A DNA stretch of 64,000 nt. Origin: Candidatus Latescibacterota bacterium (GTDB taxonomy: Bacteria > Latescibacterota > UBA2968 > GCA-2709665). Both the position numbers and the translations under genes were made by a program. The DNA is taken from the NCBI GenBank assembly GCA_965219995.1, contig CBDCOX010000002.1:4032001-4096000 (forward strand), in the 5' to 3' direction. Shown here in pieces: positions 27,201 to 36,346 of the stretch. Position 1 is the stretch's first letter. Each line of letters starts with the position of its first letter. The notes under the pieces are model-generated. The model worked only from the letters and a program-made list of their open reading frames with translations, did not search any database and had not been told where the DNA came from.

Positions 27201-27547
27201 GGGACGGCGAGGTGATGTGGGATGCGGACGTCGGGGGTGCCGTGCTATCCATCGCGGTTGCCGGCGGGAGGGTGTACGCGGGTGCTTCGAATGGTTACGT
27301 ACAGTGTTTCGAGTCGGATGGCGTGCGGATGTGGTACCGGTTTCTGGCGGCGCCAGTGGTCGGCCTGTCGCCCCGGGGCGGCGGTGGATGCCTGGCGGCC
27401 CTGGGGGATGGACGAACTGCCGGACTGAATGGCAACGGCGGGATGGCGTGGGCCGGTGGCGGCACTGCGATCGCCGCGGCGGCGGCGTGGCTGGAGGGGG
27501 GGCTGCTGGTGGGCAGGCGGGACGGATCGGTGGAGTGCTTCGGATAG
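24254..27547 (+). CDS. Lyase-propeller protein 3, 1097 aa
   Basis: RQNHQT, FDKVYFRSGWTDDDDYLLLCGISGGSHSYQDGN and FG-GAP DxDGDG repeats. No signal peptide. Confidence 0.82.
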   Translation: MNFRKAIHETDLSSGICISAPDIQQYQEAAQRLQSVLGGAVSGNVEILTDTRLDADGRHVIALGNMMDSAFLKTLYFRAYDLTDRVWPGPGGWAVRTAPDSLDNVGHVIVVGVSGADDVSEAAYALSRTIESEGATLPYQQRVKLGKWADLYRKPARDRLDQGDEALEREFTSGPGDWTYMWAIAEIGMLAIQTGREDLIPMFCRQVCNFARTRWFERHLPDPPQIHGFLRTMLLPFTILENHPALSCNQRQETLEAFLGLYRSTEGAGNSGFLSHVGVDRVRQNHQTMSGLDLYYGGRYFHQVHGLAEGRAWMKLADVFFAPQMASNKPVCDSWGHQWAFSLFNTADYALASGKMDYFSSKPYLEGVDRALIAHSNLEGGPHQYMLMAAAVTGNDEYLRLCGASDSDALAERAVRPNVEPFRTWVTGRDAATPERMGRVGVAPLSRLFYDSLEDLGGFAPEGVYLRDVPYEQTFDKVYFRSGWTDDDDYLLLCGISGGSHSYQDGNCIVRYTGRGRNWFGGRVGPASVRDHNGVSIAVDGAGPGCESRYAALRYLEEGDGLSAAGTSMGYPGQADWYRHIVHGRQGWFLVIDEVWAKAEGEYLIECRWHVYGDVETVDGGIRSVQDDAKLEMRHSGSGSRELIPVTSALANEGTRWVQRSLKSLRAGEGVRFATLFWSDQEARPRNYALVPEASGYRIEGEGEASTISLSAGCEDVNIEAQVAVLPTTGNAEDASDAGPFIASGGDARTAWRGQCGSAVKTVDVWAGGCFAGDESGGITAFDRNGGKRWTHSVSGRIRTVLALADGGVVAGGDGEAVHRLDASGREVWAYQLEWQPMNWDYWTWLNCKVLSLAAADIDGDGREEILAGCADRHVYVFDEDGALLWRSACQWGPPTCLEVARLRDGESRHVLAGMADPSIHGCVRVFDSDGACVETLSRPDIMSWSIPSWSKCLRTGDLDGDGLDEVISGVDTNHRQLIVYSGDGEVMWDADVGGAVLSIAVAGGRVYAGASNGYVQCFESDGVRMWYRFLAAPVVGLSPRGGGGCLAALGDGRTAGLNGNGGMAWAGGGTAIAAAAAWLEGGLLVGRRDGSVECFG

Positions 27548-27579
27548 ATTGCGGCAGGACCTGGAAGGAGGGATCGGCG

Positions 27580-30500
27580 ATGAATATCGAACGGCCGCGC
27601 ACGCTCGAACCGGAAACCCCTTTGCGTACGCCAACGCAGGTGCTCGTGGCGGCGCCGCGGTCCGGACACGGCCGGGCGGCGGCGGAAGGCATCTGCCGGG
27701 CGTTGCGGGACCTGAGCGTTCGCGTCGAACTTCTGGATGATCCCACCGGCGACGTGATGACCGCGGCCAACGGTCCGGTGATCGTCGTCGGCAACCTGGC
27801 GGACAGCCGGTGCGTGCGCGAACTCTACTTCCGCTTGCTGTGCGCAACGGACCTGTGGTACCCGGGCCCTGGTGGTTATGAACTCCGCACGCTGTGCAAC
27901 CCGTTCGGGACGGGCAACAATATCATCCAGGTGGGATACAGCGACGCCGCCGGTGCCGTGAAGGGTACGGAGGCGTTTCTTTCCCGCCTGGACGACCCCA
28001 TTCCGCACCTGGCCGATCTCGAGGTCACCCGGCTTCCGATGTCGGCGCACGAGGCGGCGCAGGTCCGGGCGGAGCCGCTGCCGCCAACGGCGTGGCAGAT
28101 CGCGAATACGATGCAGGGAGACCAGAAAGGGTATCTCTACTATCTGACGGGAGACCCCGATCTCGGAGTGGAATACCGCCGGGCGTGGGAGGCCGTTGTC
28201 GAGAGCGGGTACGTAAAGTCGGAGAAAATCGTCCAGGCCCACCTGTACAGCCTCGGCCGCCTGCAGCCCTGGCGGCTGGTGGAACACATGGACCTGTTCA
28301 GCGAAGCGGAACGGCTCGATATCACCCGGTTCATCTACGGATGGGCGGAAAGCGAGGAGGGCTGGCGCCACGTCCAACGCTGTCCCCGCGTGGTGAGCAT
28401 GCACGTTCCAAGGCAGAACCACGAACTCATTCCCGCCCTGGCGTTGACGTACGCGGCCGGCTATTTCCGGATGTATTTCCCCGAACTGCCCGGACCGGAA
28501 CAGTGGGAGCAGGTCGCAAATCGAGCATATGCTCCCTACGGATCTTCCTGGAAGCCGCTGTGCGACGGGCTCTGCCACGGATGGTGGATGTCGCAGCCGG
28601 TGATGGTCGAGTACGGCCTGAACGATCCGGAACACGCATTCTTCGAGCAGGGCGGCGCCAGACAGGCCGCGGATGCGGCGCTGGCCGTGGTGAACAACGA
28701 GGGATGGCTTCCGTCGGCGGGTGACAGCGACCTGAACCGGCAGTTTCCCGGGCCGAGCCTGCGTACGGCGGCGGCCTGGTTCAATGACGGGCGGTACCGG
28801 TTCGTCCACGACCTCGCGCCCCCGGAACGTCGACTGGTCAGCCTGACGTCACTGCCGAGGGCATTCGACGCCGGCGTGGATCCGGTAGTGCCGGACGACA
28901 GGGTGGGCGTAACCGTCGTTCCGGTGGACCCGCTTCTGTACCACTCCTGGGAACGGGACCCCCAGGGTGCGCCGGGCGTGGTGACCACGCCCCCACCGGC
29001 GCCGATCGACCGGTGTTTCGACAAGCTCTCGGTGCGTACGGGATGGGAGCCCGACGATGACTTTCTCCTGATCGACGGACTTGGCGGCGGCAGCCACTCG
29101 TACGACGACGCGGGCGGCATTCTGGACTACGCGCGTCTGGGTCTCTCGCTGATCGTGCAGGAGGACAGCTTCGTACACTCCGCGCCCGAGCATATGTCGG
29201 CCGTTACGGTCGTCCGGGACGGTGAATTCGGGGAGATCCCGGGATTCGCGGTTCTGGAGGCGAACGAGACCGACGCCGATGGCAACGTTTATCTGCGGAT
29301 CCGGCTTAAGGACTACGCGGGCGCGGACTGGGTGAGGGAGGTCTACCTGAGCCCGGGGTGCTGCGTTGTTTTCAACGATACGGTTATTGCGAACCAGGCG
29401 GGAGACTTTGCGGTGGAAGCCCGCTTCCGATCCCCCGCGCGGCTGGTTCTTAACGGGAACGAGGCGCGTTGTGCGAGGCGGAGCCCCACCGCCGGGGACG
29501 TGACGTTCCGGATCCGGAGCCTGGGCGAGGCCGCTTCGCTGGCGGTGGAGGAAGATCCGGTCCATCTGCGGTACAAGAACGCGGTGGACCGGGAACTCTG
29601 GAAGGAGCGGTACCATACCGACGACGTCGTGCTTTCCACGTTTGTGGCGCGGCGCGCCCAGCGCCTGGAAGCCGGAGAGGGCGTGCGCCTCACCCACGTC
29701 GCGCAGGCGTGCGGACCGGGAGAAGCCACGGTCCGCTTTCTGGAGAAGAAAGGCGAGGTTTGCCTCGTGCAGGACGGGACCTCGCGGCGGCTGGAGACGC
29801 TGCCGGTGAGGACGCCCGCGGCCGGGAGATTGACGGGTGACGCTCGTTCGGAACCGGCCGATGCCGCGCTGGTTTTCACCGCCGGGGATCGCATCCGCGC
29901 AATCCGCCCGCTGGCGGACGGGTCTGTGGTCGTGGGCGCCGAAAGCGGCGGTGTCACCTTCCTCGATCCGGACGGGCGGCCGATCTGGTCGGCGGCGCTG
30001 GACGACCCCCTGTACGACATCGGCGCCGCGGAGGGAGAGGCGACGGTCCTGGCGGTCGGGCACGGCCCGAGCCGGTTGACGGGGCTCGATGTCGGAGGCC
30101 GGCAAATATGGCAGACGGACATCGAACGGGAGCCGTGCCCGTGGCCGTGGTGGGAACTGCCGACCCCGGCGCCCGTGCAGGTGGAGGGCGGCATACACGA
30201 GGGTTCGGCCTTCTTTGCCGTCGGGTGCGGGGACATACAGATCCGCGGCTTCGACGGCGAAGGCCGGGAGCGGTGGCGGCAGCGCTACAATGAAGGGGTG
30301 CCCGGGCGCATCCGGGTGGTGGACGTGGACGGGTGCGGCGGGCCGGAAATCGTCGCCGGGGGCGAAGTGCTCAGTGACACGTCCAAATGCCGTATCCTGG
30401 ACCCCAAGGGGAATTTTCTCGCCCACCTGGACGTGGAGGGATGGACGAGTATTCTGACGGCGCTGGCGTTCGCCGAATTCGAAGGACGCCGCGCCATCGG

Positions 30501-30903
30501 ATGCGGCGCAAATCGGGGCTGGAACCTGCACGTGTTCGAACACGGTGAGGGTGAGGGTTGGCATCGGCGCTGGAGGAAACGTCTGGGCGGTCGGGTTACG
30601 GGCATCCGTTTTCTCGGAACCGATCGTCGTGTGATCGCCGGTACCAGCCAGGGATTCCTTTTGGGTTACGATCCGGACGGGAATCCGGTCTGGCACCGTC
30701 TCTGCGAACAGGGCATCCGGCACCTGGCGCCGTTTGGAGACGAAACGCTCGTCATTGACGACACCGGGAATCTCAGTGCGGTGTGCGCGTCCGGGAACGG
30801 CCGGACGCTCGGCAGGATGCCGCGACCGTGCGCCATCGCGGAACCCTGCGGAGCAGGGGTGCTCCTGGCGTGCGGGCGCGAGATCTGGCGCATCGATGTT
30901 TGA
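27580..30903 (+). CDS. Lyase-propeller protein 4 (divergent paralog), 1107 aa
   Basis: RBS AAGGAGG and ATG at 27580; WYPGPGGYELRT, PRQNHE, FDKLSVRTGWEPDDDFLLIDGLGGGSHSYDD, and a C-terminal propeller with DVDGCG.PEI. Confidence 0.8.
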   Translation: MNIERPRTLEPETPLRTPTQVLVAAPRSGHGRAAAEGICRALRDLSVRVELLDDPTGDVMTAANGPVIVVGNLADSRCVRELYFRLLCATDLWYPGPGGYELRTLCNPFGTGNNIIQVGYSDAAGAVKGTEAFLSRLDDPIPHLADLEVTRLPMSAHEAAQVRAEPLPPTAWQIANTMQGDQKGYLYYLTGDPDLGVEYRRAWEAVVESGYVKSEKIVQAHLYSLGRLQPWRLVEHMDLFSEAERLDITRFIYGWAESEEGWRHVQRCPRVVSMHVPRQNHELIPALALTYAAGYFRMYFPELPGPEQWEQVANRAYAPYGSSWKPLCDGLCHGWWMSQPVMVEYGLNDPEHAFFEQGGARQAADAALAVVNNEGWLPSAGDSDLNRQFPGPSLRTAAAWFNDGRYRFVHDLAPPERRLVSLTSLPRAFDAGVDPVVPDDRVGVTVVPVDPLLYHSWERDPQGAPGVVTTPPPAPIDRCFDKLSVRTGWEPDDDFLLIDGLGGGSHSYDDAGGILDYARLGLSLIVQEDSFVHSAPEHMSAVTVVRDGEFGEIPGFAVLEANETDADGNVYLRIRLKDYAGADWVREVYLSPGCCVVFNDTVIANQAGDFAVEARFRSPARLVLNGNEARCARRSPTAGDVTFRIRSLGEAASLAVEEDPVHLRYKNAVDRELWKERYHTDDVVLSTFVARRAQRLEAGEGVRLTHVAQACGPGEATVRFLEKKGEVCLVQDGTSRRLETLPVRTPAAGRLTGDARSEPADAALVFTAGDRIRAIRPLADGSVVVGAESGGVTFLDPDGRPIWSAALDDPLYDIGAAEGEATVLAVGHGPSRLTGLDVGGRQIWQTDIEREPCPWPWWELPTPAPVQVEGGIHEGSAFFAVGCGDIQIRGFDGEGRERWRQRYNEGVPGRIRVVDVDGCGGPEIVAGGEVLSDTSKCRILDPKGNFLAHLDVEGWTSILTALAFAEFEGRRAIGCGANRGWNLHVFEHGEGEGWHRRWRKRLGGRVTGIRFLGTDRRVIAGTSQGFLLGYDPDGNPVWHRLCEQGIRHLAPFGDETLVIDDTGNLSAVCASGNGRTLGRMPRPCAIAEPCGAGVLLACGREIWRIDV

Positions 30904-30938
30904 GACGTTTATCTTCCATGTAAATTAAGGAGGGACGT

Positions 30939-31823
30939 ATGGACGCCTATGAGCGATATCATTTCGACGTGAACGGTTACATTGTGGTCGAGGACATACT
31001 GACGCCGGACGAGGTGGCGGCGCTGAACGAGGCGATTGACCACAATCCGGATCAGGTCCACATCCGAAAGGGCGAATTGCTGCTGTCCGGCGCGGCCAAA
31101 CAGCACGGAGGCAAGGCAGCACCGCTATTGAAGGGCACCCATGGCCGTGGGGACATCATGGATATACTGAAGTGGCCCAAACCCTGGTGCCAGCCCTTCC
31201 GGGACCTGCTGACGCATCCGCGGGCGATGCGGTACATGCTGGATCTGATCGGCGACGGGTTTCGCTACGGCAACGCCAACGGGATCAGCATGACGGCCGG
31301 CGCCGAGGGGTTTCTCTTTCATGGTGGAGGCACCCCCAGGGGTCCCTACTATTACGATTTTCAGGATGGGCGGATGTGGAACGGGCTGATGGCCGTCTGC
31401 TATCAGTTGACAGACGTCGGTCCGGGAGACGGAGGGTACGCCTGCATCCCCGGCAGCCACCGGGCGAACTATCCCTGCCCCAGTGACGTCCGGCGCCTGG
31501 ATGCCCACCCGGAGTGGTTCAAACATCTTCCCATGAAGGCGGGATCGGCGCTGATCTTCACCGAGGCGCTCACCCACGGCACATTTCCATGGACGGCACC
31601 CCACGAACGCAGAACCCTGCTCTACAGGTACGGCGCTGGTGATATGGTGTTCGGGTCCGGACCGGCCATCCACCCGGCCGGTTACGAGTCGTTCAAGGAC
31701 GAGTTGACGCCCTTGCAGCGCGCGCTGATGGAGCCGCCCTACGCCAGCAGGCGACCCAGTCTCGTGCCGCTGATGGAAGAAGACGAGCGACGACGGGAAG
31801 CCGCGCAATCCGCAACCGCCTGA
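30939..31823 (+). CDS. PhyH-like Fe(II)/2OG enzyme with HxG in place of HxD, 294 aa
   Basis: FDVNGYIVVEDIL, FLFHGGG, YQLTDV...GGYACIPGSH, FTEALTHGT and RRTLLYRY; RBS AAGGAGG. Confidence 0.85.
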   Translation: MDAYERYHFDVNGYIVVEDILTPDEVAALNEAIDHNPDQVHIRKGELLLSGAAKQHGGKAAPLLKGTHGRGDIMDILKWPKPWCQPFRDLLTHPRAMRYMLDLIGDGFRYGNANGISMTAGAEGFLFHGGGTPRGPYYYDFQDGRMWNGLMAVCYQLTDVGPGDGGYACIPGSHRANYPCPSDVRRLDAHPEWFKHLPMKAGSALIFTEALTHGTFPWTAPHERRTLLYRYGAGDMVFGSGPAIHPAGYESFKDELTPLQRALMEPPYASRRPSLVPLMEEDERRREAAQSATA

Positions 31824-31854
31824 AACCCCCGACCGGTTATTCGGAGAGGTTCGG

Positions 31855-34245
31855 ATGTTTTGTTTTGCAAATCCGGACGCCGCGATTTTGGAAATTGGCC
31901 TCCTGACGATCTCCGTCGTCCTGCCCTGCCTCGGCGCGGTGTTCACCCTTGCGCCGAACGGCGACGACACGGGGTCGGGCGGGCGCGCGTCACCCTGGAG
32001 AAGCATCCGCCGGGCAAACGGAGCCTTGAGGCCGGGCGATACCCTGGTCTTCCTCCCAGGGGTATACGAGGGCACGATCGCCCCGGAGCACGGAGGGACG
32101 CCGGATGCTCCCATCCACTGCCGGTCTGACGTCAGGCACCGGGCCGTGCTCGCGGGTGGAGGCGACAGTCAGCCCGCGGTGGATCTTCAGGAGAAGCACA
32201 ATATCCGAATCGAAGGGTTTCGGATCGCGCCCGGCGAAGGGCGTTGGCTGCGCGCCGATGGATGCGACCGGCTTGCCGTAGCGGGGTGTTACATGGAGAA
32301 AGCCGGTAACGCGACGCCGTTCGTGCTGACCGGGTGTACGCACGTGCGGCTCATCGACAACGTGTTCCGCAAGGATCGCGTTGGCGGCAATATGTGCCAG
32401 GTCGTGGAGTGCACGTACGTGCTGATCGAGGGGAACGCGTTCTCGCGGGTCGGGCACTGCCCGCTGCAGATTTCGATGACGAACAACCTGGTCGTTCGGT
32501 CGAATTGCTTCCACAACCCCTGGGGGCGCAACTACGAATTCTGGGCTTCCGGGAGGGTGCTGGTCGAGGGAAATATCGTTACCGAGGCGCTCGACAGCGC
32601 GCATTCGGCGGACAGCCGCGCGAAGAATCTGTTGATCGACGGCATCGTCCGCTTCAACCGGGTCTACGGCAACCTGCATACGCCCCTCAATTCATCGAGC
32701 TACGTGCCCGTCAATTACCACGTGCGCGATCCATTCCGCTTCGTCAATTCCAGGGTGTACCACAATACGATTGCGGACAACCTCGGGTACGGATGGGAGA
32801 TCACCGGGGTCAACGTGAGTTCGAACGTGTTTGTGAACAACATCTTTTGCAGGAATGACAAGTACGGCGGAAATGTACAGATCGCGAGGGGAGACGGTAT
32901 TGCGGGCGACAACCTGTTTTTGAGCAACGTGTTCCGGGGTACGGAGGCCGGACAGCGGGTGGTGCGGTACGGTGACCGGTTCCGGACGGTGGACGAGGCC
33001 AACAGGGCGTCGGTCGTGAGGGGGCACTGGCGGGAATTCGAGGAGAACCTGGACGTGGACCCCTGTTTCGTGGATTCGGAAAACCGGGATTTTCGCCTGC
33101 GTCCGGGCAGTCCGTGCATTCATGCGGGGCGTGCCCTGACCGTGACGAGACGGGCCGGGCGGGGCCGGGAGGTCCCGGTCGACGACGGCAGATACTTCTA
33201 CGACGGGTTCGGCATTGAAGGTGAGATGGGCGACAGGGTCGCCGTAGGAAGGGCGGACCGGATCGCCCGTATTGAAAAAGTCCTGCTCAACTACTATCAG
33301 CCGGACCTGCTCGTTCTGGACCGGGAGATGCAATGGGACGCCGGCGCGCCGGTCAGCCTGCCCTGGTGCGGGGAGGCGCCGGATATCGGCGCGTACGAAC
33401 GGGGCCTCCCGGGATCCGGACGGGGGATTGCACGGGCGGAACCGGTCGACACCGAACCGGGGCGGGAGGTGAGGTTCTACGCAGAGCCGGCGGGAAGAGC
33501 CGTCGCGTCCGTCCGGTGGGATTTCGGCGACGGGGAGACCGCACAGGGGTGCGAAGCGGTACACGTCTATTCGGATTGCGGCCATCATCCTGCGCGGGTT
33601 CGAGTGCGTTATGAGGATGGCGACGACGAGGCGGACGTCGTCTTTGAAAGGGTGAATCAGCCGGTTGACCCCTGCGCGCCGATGCTCGTGGTTGATTTCG
33701 AAGAAGAGACGACGCTGGAGTGGGGGTACCTGTTCAAGATCTATCGGGGAAACCGGCTGACAGGACACGAATTCGTCGCGGACGGTTTCGGAGGCGGCAG
33801 ATGCGTCCGGCTGTTCGCGGAGGCGGACGGCTCCGACCTGGGCTGCAGTCTCGCTCCCGGAGATTGGGATATCGACACCTATCCGTTCATCCGTTTTGCC
33901 TACCGGATTCCCAGGGGGGTACCGGTGGGGCTGTGGCTTCAGGCGTTTCCCTCGGAAGCGTACGGCGAGGGCGTCGTCATTGCGGGAGGGACGTCGTCGC
34001 GCGAGTCCGGACCGTATCCGGACACGGGTGCCTGTACATTGATGGACGACGGCCGCTGGCACGCTGCAATACTGGATGCAAGGACGATACGGGAACAGAT
34101 CGGCGGGGTCCGTTATCTTCGCCGTTTCCGGTTCTATACGCACGGGAACGCGAAAGAAGGACACCAGTTCTGGTTCGACGAGTTCGAGATTTCGCCGGCT
34201 GGTAGATTGGATCCCACAGAATCGCACGGAAAACCGCAAATATGA
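31855..34245 (+). CDS. Right-handed parallel beta-helix protein with PKD domain and C-terminal CBM-like domain, 796 aa
   Basis: APNGDD..SG....PWRSI..A...L.PGDTLVFLPGVY; Asn-ladder repeats; DP.FVD....DFRL.PGSPCI; PDIGAYE; WDFGDG (PKD). Probable signal peptide. Confidence 0.82.
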   Translation: MFCFANPDAAILEIGLLTISVVLPCLGAVFTLAPNGDDTGSGGRASPWRSIRRANGALRPGDTLVFLPGVYEGTIAPEHGGTPDAPIHCRSDVRHRAVLAGGGDSQPAVDLQEKHNIRIEGFRIAPGEGRWLRADGCDRLAVAGCYMEKAGNATPFVLTGCTHVRLIDNVFRKDRVGGNMCQVVECTYVLIEGNAFSRVGHCPLQISMTNNLVVRSNCFHNPWGRNYEFWASGRVLVEGNIVTEALDSAHSADSRAKNLLIDGIVRFNRVYGNLHTPLNSSSYVPVNYHVRDPFRFVNSRVYHNTIADNLGYGWEITGVNVSSNVFVNNIFCRNDKYGGNVQIARGDGIAGDNLFLSNVFRGTEAGQRVVRYGDRFRTVDEANRASVVRGHWREFEENLDVDPCFVDSENRDFRLRPGSPCIHAGRALTVTRRAGRGREVPVDDGRYFYDGFGIEGEMGDRVAVGRADRIARIEKVLLNYYQPDLLVLDREMQWDAGAPVSLPWCGEAPDIGAYERGLPGSGRGIARAEPVDTEPGREVRFYAEPAGRAVASVRWDFGDGETAQGCEAVHVYSDCGHHPARVRVRYEDGDDEADVVFERVNQPVDPCAPMLVVDFEEETTLEWGYLFKIYRGNRLTGHEFVADGFGGGRCVRLFAEADGSDLGCSLAPGDWDIDTYPFIRFAYRIPRGVPVGLWLQAFPSEAYGEGVVIAGGTSSRESGPYPDTGACTLMDDGRWHAAILDARTIREQIGGVRYLRRFRFYTHGNAKEGHQFWFDEFEISPAGRLDPTESHGKPQI

Positions 34246-36227
34246 AGCCATCCGGGCCGAAGTCTCCGACGGAGGCGCAGGCCTCGAAATTGAGGGAGGG
34301 GATCACCCTCAGGGCAGTGGTCATCGGCGTGCTCGCCGTGGTCGCCATCAATCTCTGGGTGACCTACGCGGAGACGGTGGTACGGTCCTCCCGGCTCAAT
34401 CTGAGTTTCTTTCAACTCACCCTGCTGAGTATTTTCATCGCGCTGGTGGGCGGCGTGAACCCGTTGCTCAGGCGAGTCAGGCCCCGCTCCGTTCTGTCTC
34501 CGTCCGAGTTGTTGACAGTGGCTGCAATCGGCATGGTCGGGTCGGTGGTGCCGACTTCCGGAGTTACCGGGTTCCTGGTGGGCGTGATCGGCAGCCCCAT
34601 CTATTTTGCAACGCCCGAGAACGGGTGGGCGGAGTACTATCACCCGCATCTGAAGCCGTGGATGGTGCCGTCGGACAGCGGCGCCCTGCGGGCCTTCTTC
34701 GAAGGCGGCGCCGGCGGCGTTGTGGCGTGGAAGACCTGGATGGCGCCGCTGGCGTGGTGGAGCAGCCTCGTCGCGGCCCTTCTCGTGGGCTCAGCGTGCG
34801 TGATGGTGATTCTGCGGCGGCAATGGGCGGAGCACGAGAAACTGGTGTATCCCCTTGCCGCCGTGCCAATCGAAATGGCGGAGGGCGCGTCGTCCCGAAG
34901 TGCGTTGCCCGATTTCATGAAAGGCAAGCTCTTCTGGCTGGGGGCGATTCTTGCGTTCGGGCTCTTCGCCTGGCACGCGACGTCCTGGTTCTTTCACGGG
35001 ATGCCGGGCATCCGGTTCTTTCCCCACGCCGGCTACTTTCGCTTCACCCGCTATTCCCCCGGCGTCTATATTCAGCCCCTGCAGTTCTATACGATCGGGT
35101 TCGCGTATTTCGCCAACCTGCAGGTGTTGTTCAGCATCTGGTTCTTCTTCCTGGTGCACGTGGTGGAGGGCGGCATCTTCAACCGCCTCGGGTATCAGAT
35201 CGAACGGTCCACCGATACCTTCAGCGCGGACCCGCCCACCGAAGCGTGGCAGTGCTTCGGCGCACTGGCATGCCTGGTCGCCTGGCGCCTCTGGGTGGCC
35301 CGGACACACCTGCGGGACGTGTTCCTCAAGGCGATGCGGGCGGACCATCCGCTCGACGACGGCCGGGAGGTCCTTTCGTACCGGGCATCGGTCCTGGGGC
35401 TGCTGTTGAGCGCGGTCTATGCGCTGTTCTGGCTCCAGCGGTCCGGTATGGACGCGGTATCGGCGGCGATGTTCCTGTTCGCCCTCGGCATTATATACAT
35501 CGGCCTGGCGCGAGTCGTATCGGAGGCGGGGGTGGCCTACGCCCAGGGCACGGTAACGCCGCAGGCCTTCGTGATGGACCTCCGGGGCACCTACGGGCTC
35601 TCCGGCGCCTGCCTGACGTCCATCGCGCTCTCCTACGCGCTGATCGACTATATGCGCGGGCTCTTCACACCCGGTCTGGCGCAGGCCGTGCGTATTGCGG
35701 ACCGGATCCGGGGGAACCGGCGCCTCCTGCTGTTCTGTGTGACCGTGGGGGTGTTCGCGGGGCTCGCGTCATCGGTCTGGTTCACGCTCCACCTGGGCCA
35801 TACGCACGGCGCGTACAATTTCTCGCGCCTGTTTTTCAACGGGAACCCCAAGGCCGTCTTTTCCACCACGCTGGGACAGATGCGAACGCCGGGGGCGCCC
35901 GAGTTGAGCCGGGTGCTGTTTTTCGGCATCGGCGCGGGCCTGATGGGGGCGCTCACCTTCCTTCGCTACCGGTACTCCTGGTGGCCGGTCCATCCCATCG
36001 GGCTGGCCGTCGCCGCCGCCGATAACGTGTACAGCCTTGCGATGCCGGTGTTCATGGCCTGGGCCGCCAAGTCGGTGGTCATGCGGGTGGGCGGGGTCTC
36101 CCTCTACCGGCGGTCAAAGCCGCTGTTCCTGGGCCTGCTGGTGGGATATACGGCAGGCGTCGTGCTGGCCTTTACGGTCGACGCCGTGTGGTTTTCGGGC
36201 CAGGGACACCAGGTGCACTGGTGGTAG
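34242..36227 (+). CDS. DUF6785/DUF6784-type polytopic membrane protein, putative transporter (paralog 1), 661 aa
   Basis: Many TM helices; TLRAVVIG, YFATPENGW, ILRRQW.E.EKLVYPLA and WWPVHPIG. ATGA overlap with the upstream gene. Confidence 0.78.
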   Translation: MKPSGPKSPTEAQASKLREGITLRAVVIGVLAVVAINLWVTYAETVVRSSRLNLSFFQLTLLSIFIALVGGVNPLLRRVRPRSVLSPSELLTVAAIGMVGSVVPTSGVTGFLVGVIGSPIYFATPENGWAEYYHPHLKPWMVPSDSGALRAFFEGGAGGVVAWKTWMAPLAWWSSLVAALLVGSACVMVILRRQWAEHEKLVYPLAAVPIEMAEGASSRSALPDFMKGKLFWLGAILAFGLFAWHATSWFFHGMPGIRFFPHAGYFRFTRYSPGVYIQPLQFYTIGFAYFANLQVLFSIWFFFLVHVVEGGIFNRLGYQIERSTDTFSADPPTEAWQCFGALACLVAWRLWVARTHLRDVFLKAMRADHPLDDGREVLSYRASVLGLLLSAVYALFWLQRSGMDAVSAAMFLFALGIIYIGLARVVSEAGVAYAQGTVTPQAFVMDLRGTYGLSGACLTSIALSYALIDYMRGLFTPGLAQAVRIADRIRGNRRLLLFCVTVGVFAGLASSVWFTLHLGHTHGAYNFSRLFFNGNPKAVFSTTLGQMRTPGAPELSRVLFFGIGAGLMGALTFLRYRYSWWPVHPIGLAVAAADNVYSLAMPVFMAWAAKSVVMRVGGVSLYRRSKPLFLGLLVGYTAGVVLAFTVDAVWFSGQGHQVHWW

Positions 36228-36346
36228 CCGGGAACGGACGTCGATCCGCACCGGCGGTACCAGGTGATACGCCGCCGTCCGCGCATTCGCAAGCAACGAT
36301 TGCGCGCTCCGGACTTCCCGTCTGAAACACGTTCGAAACGAATTCC

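Noticed and set aside
17349-27547. Diversity-generating retroelement as the cause of the near-identical repeats
   Set aside because: No reverse transcriptase is present, differences are not adenine-specific, and the repeats are whole genes.
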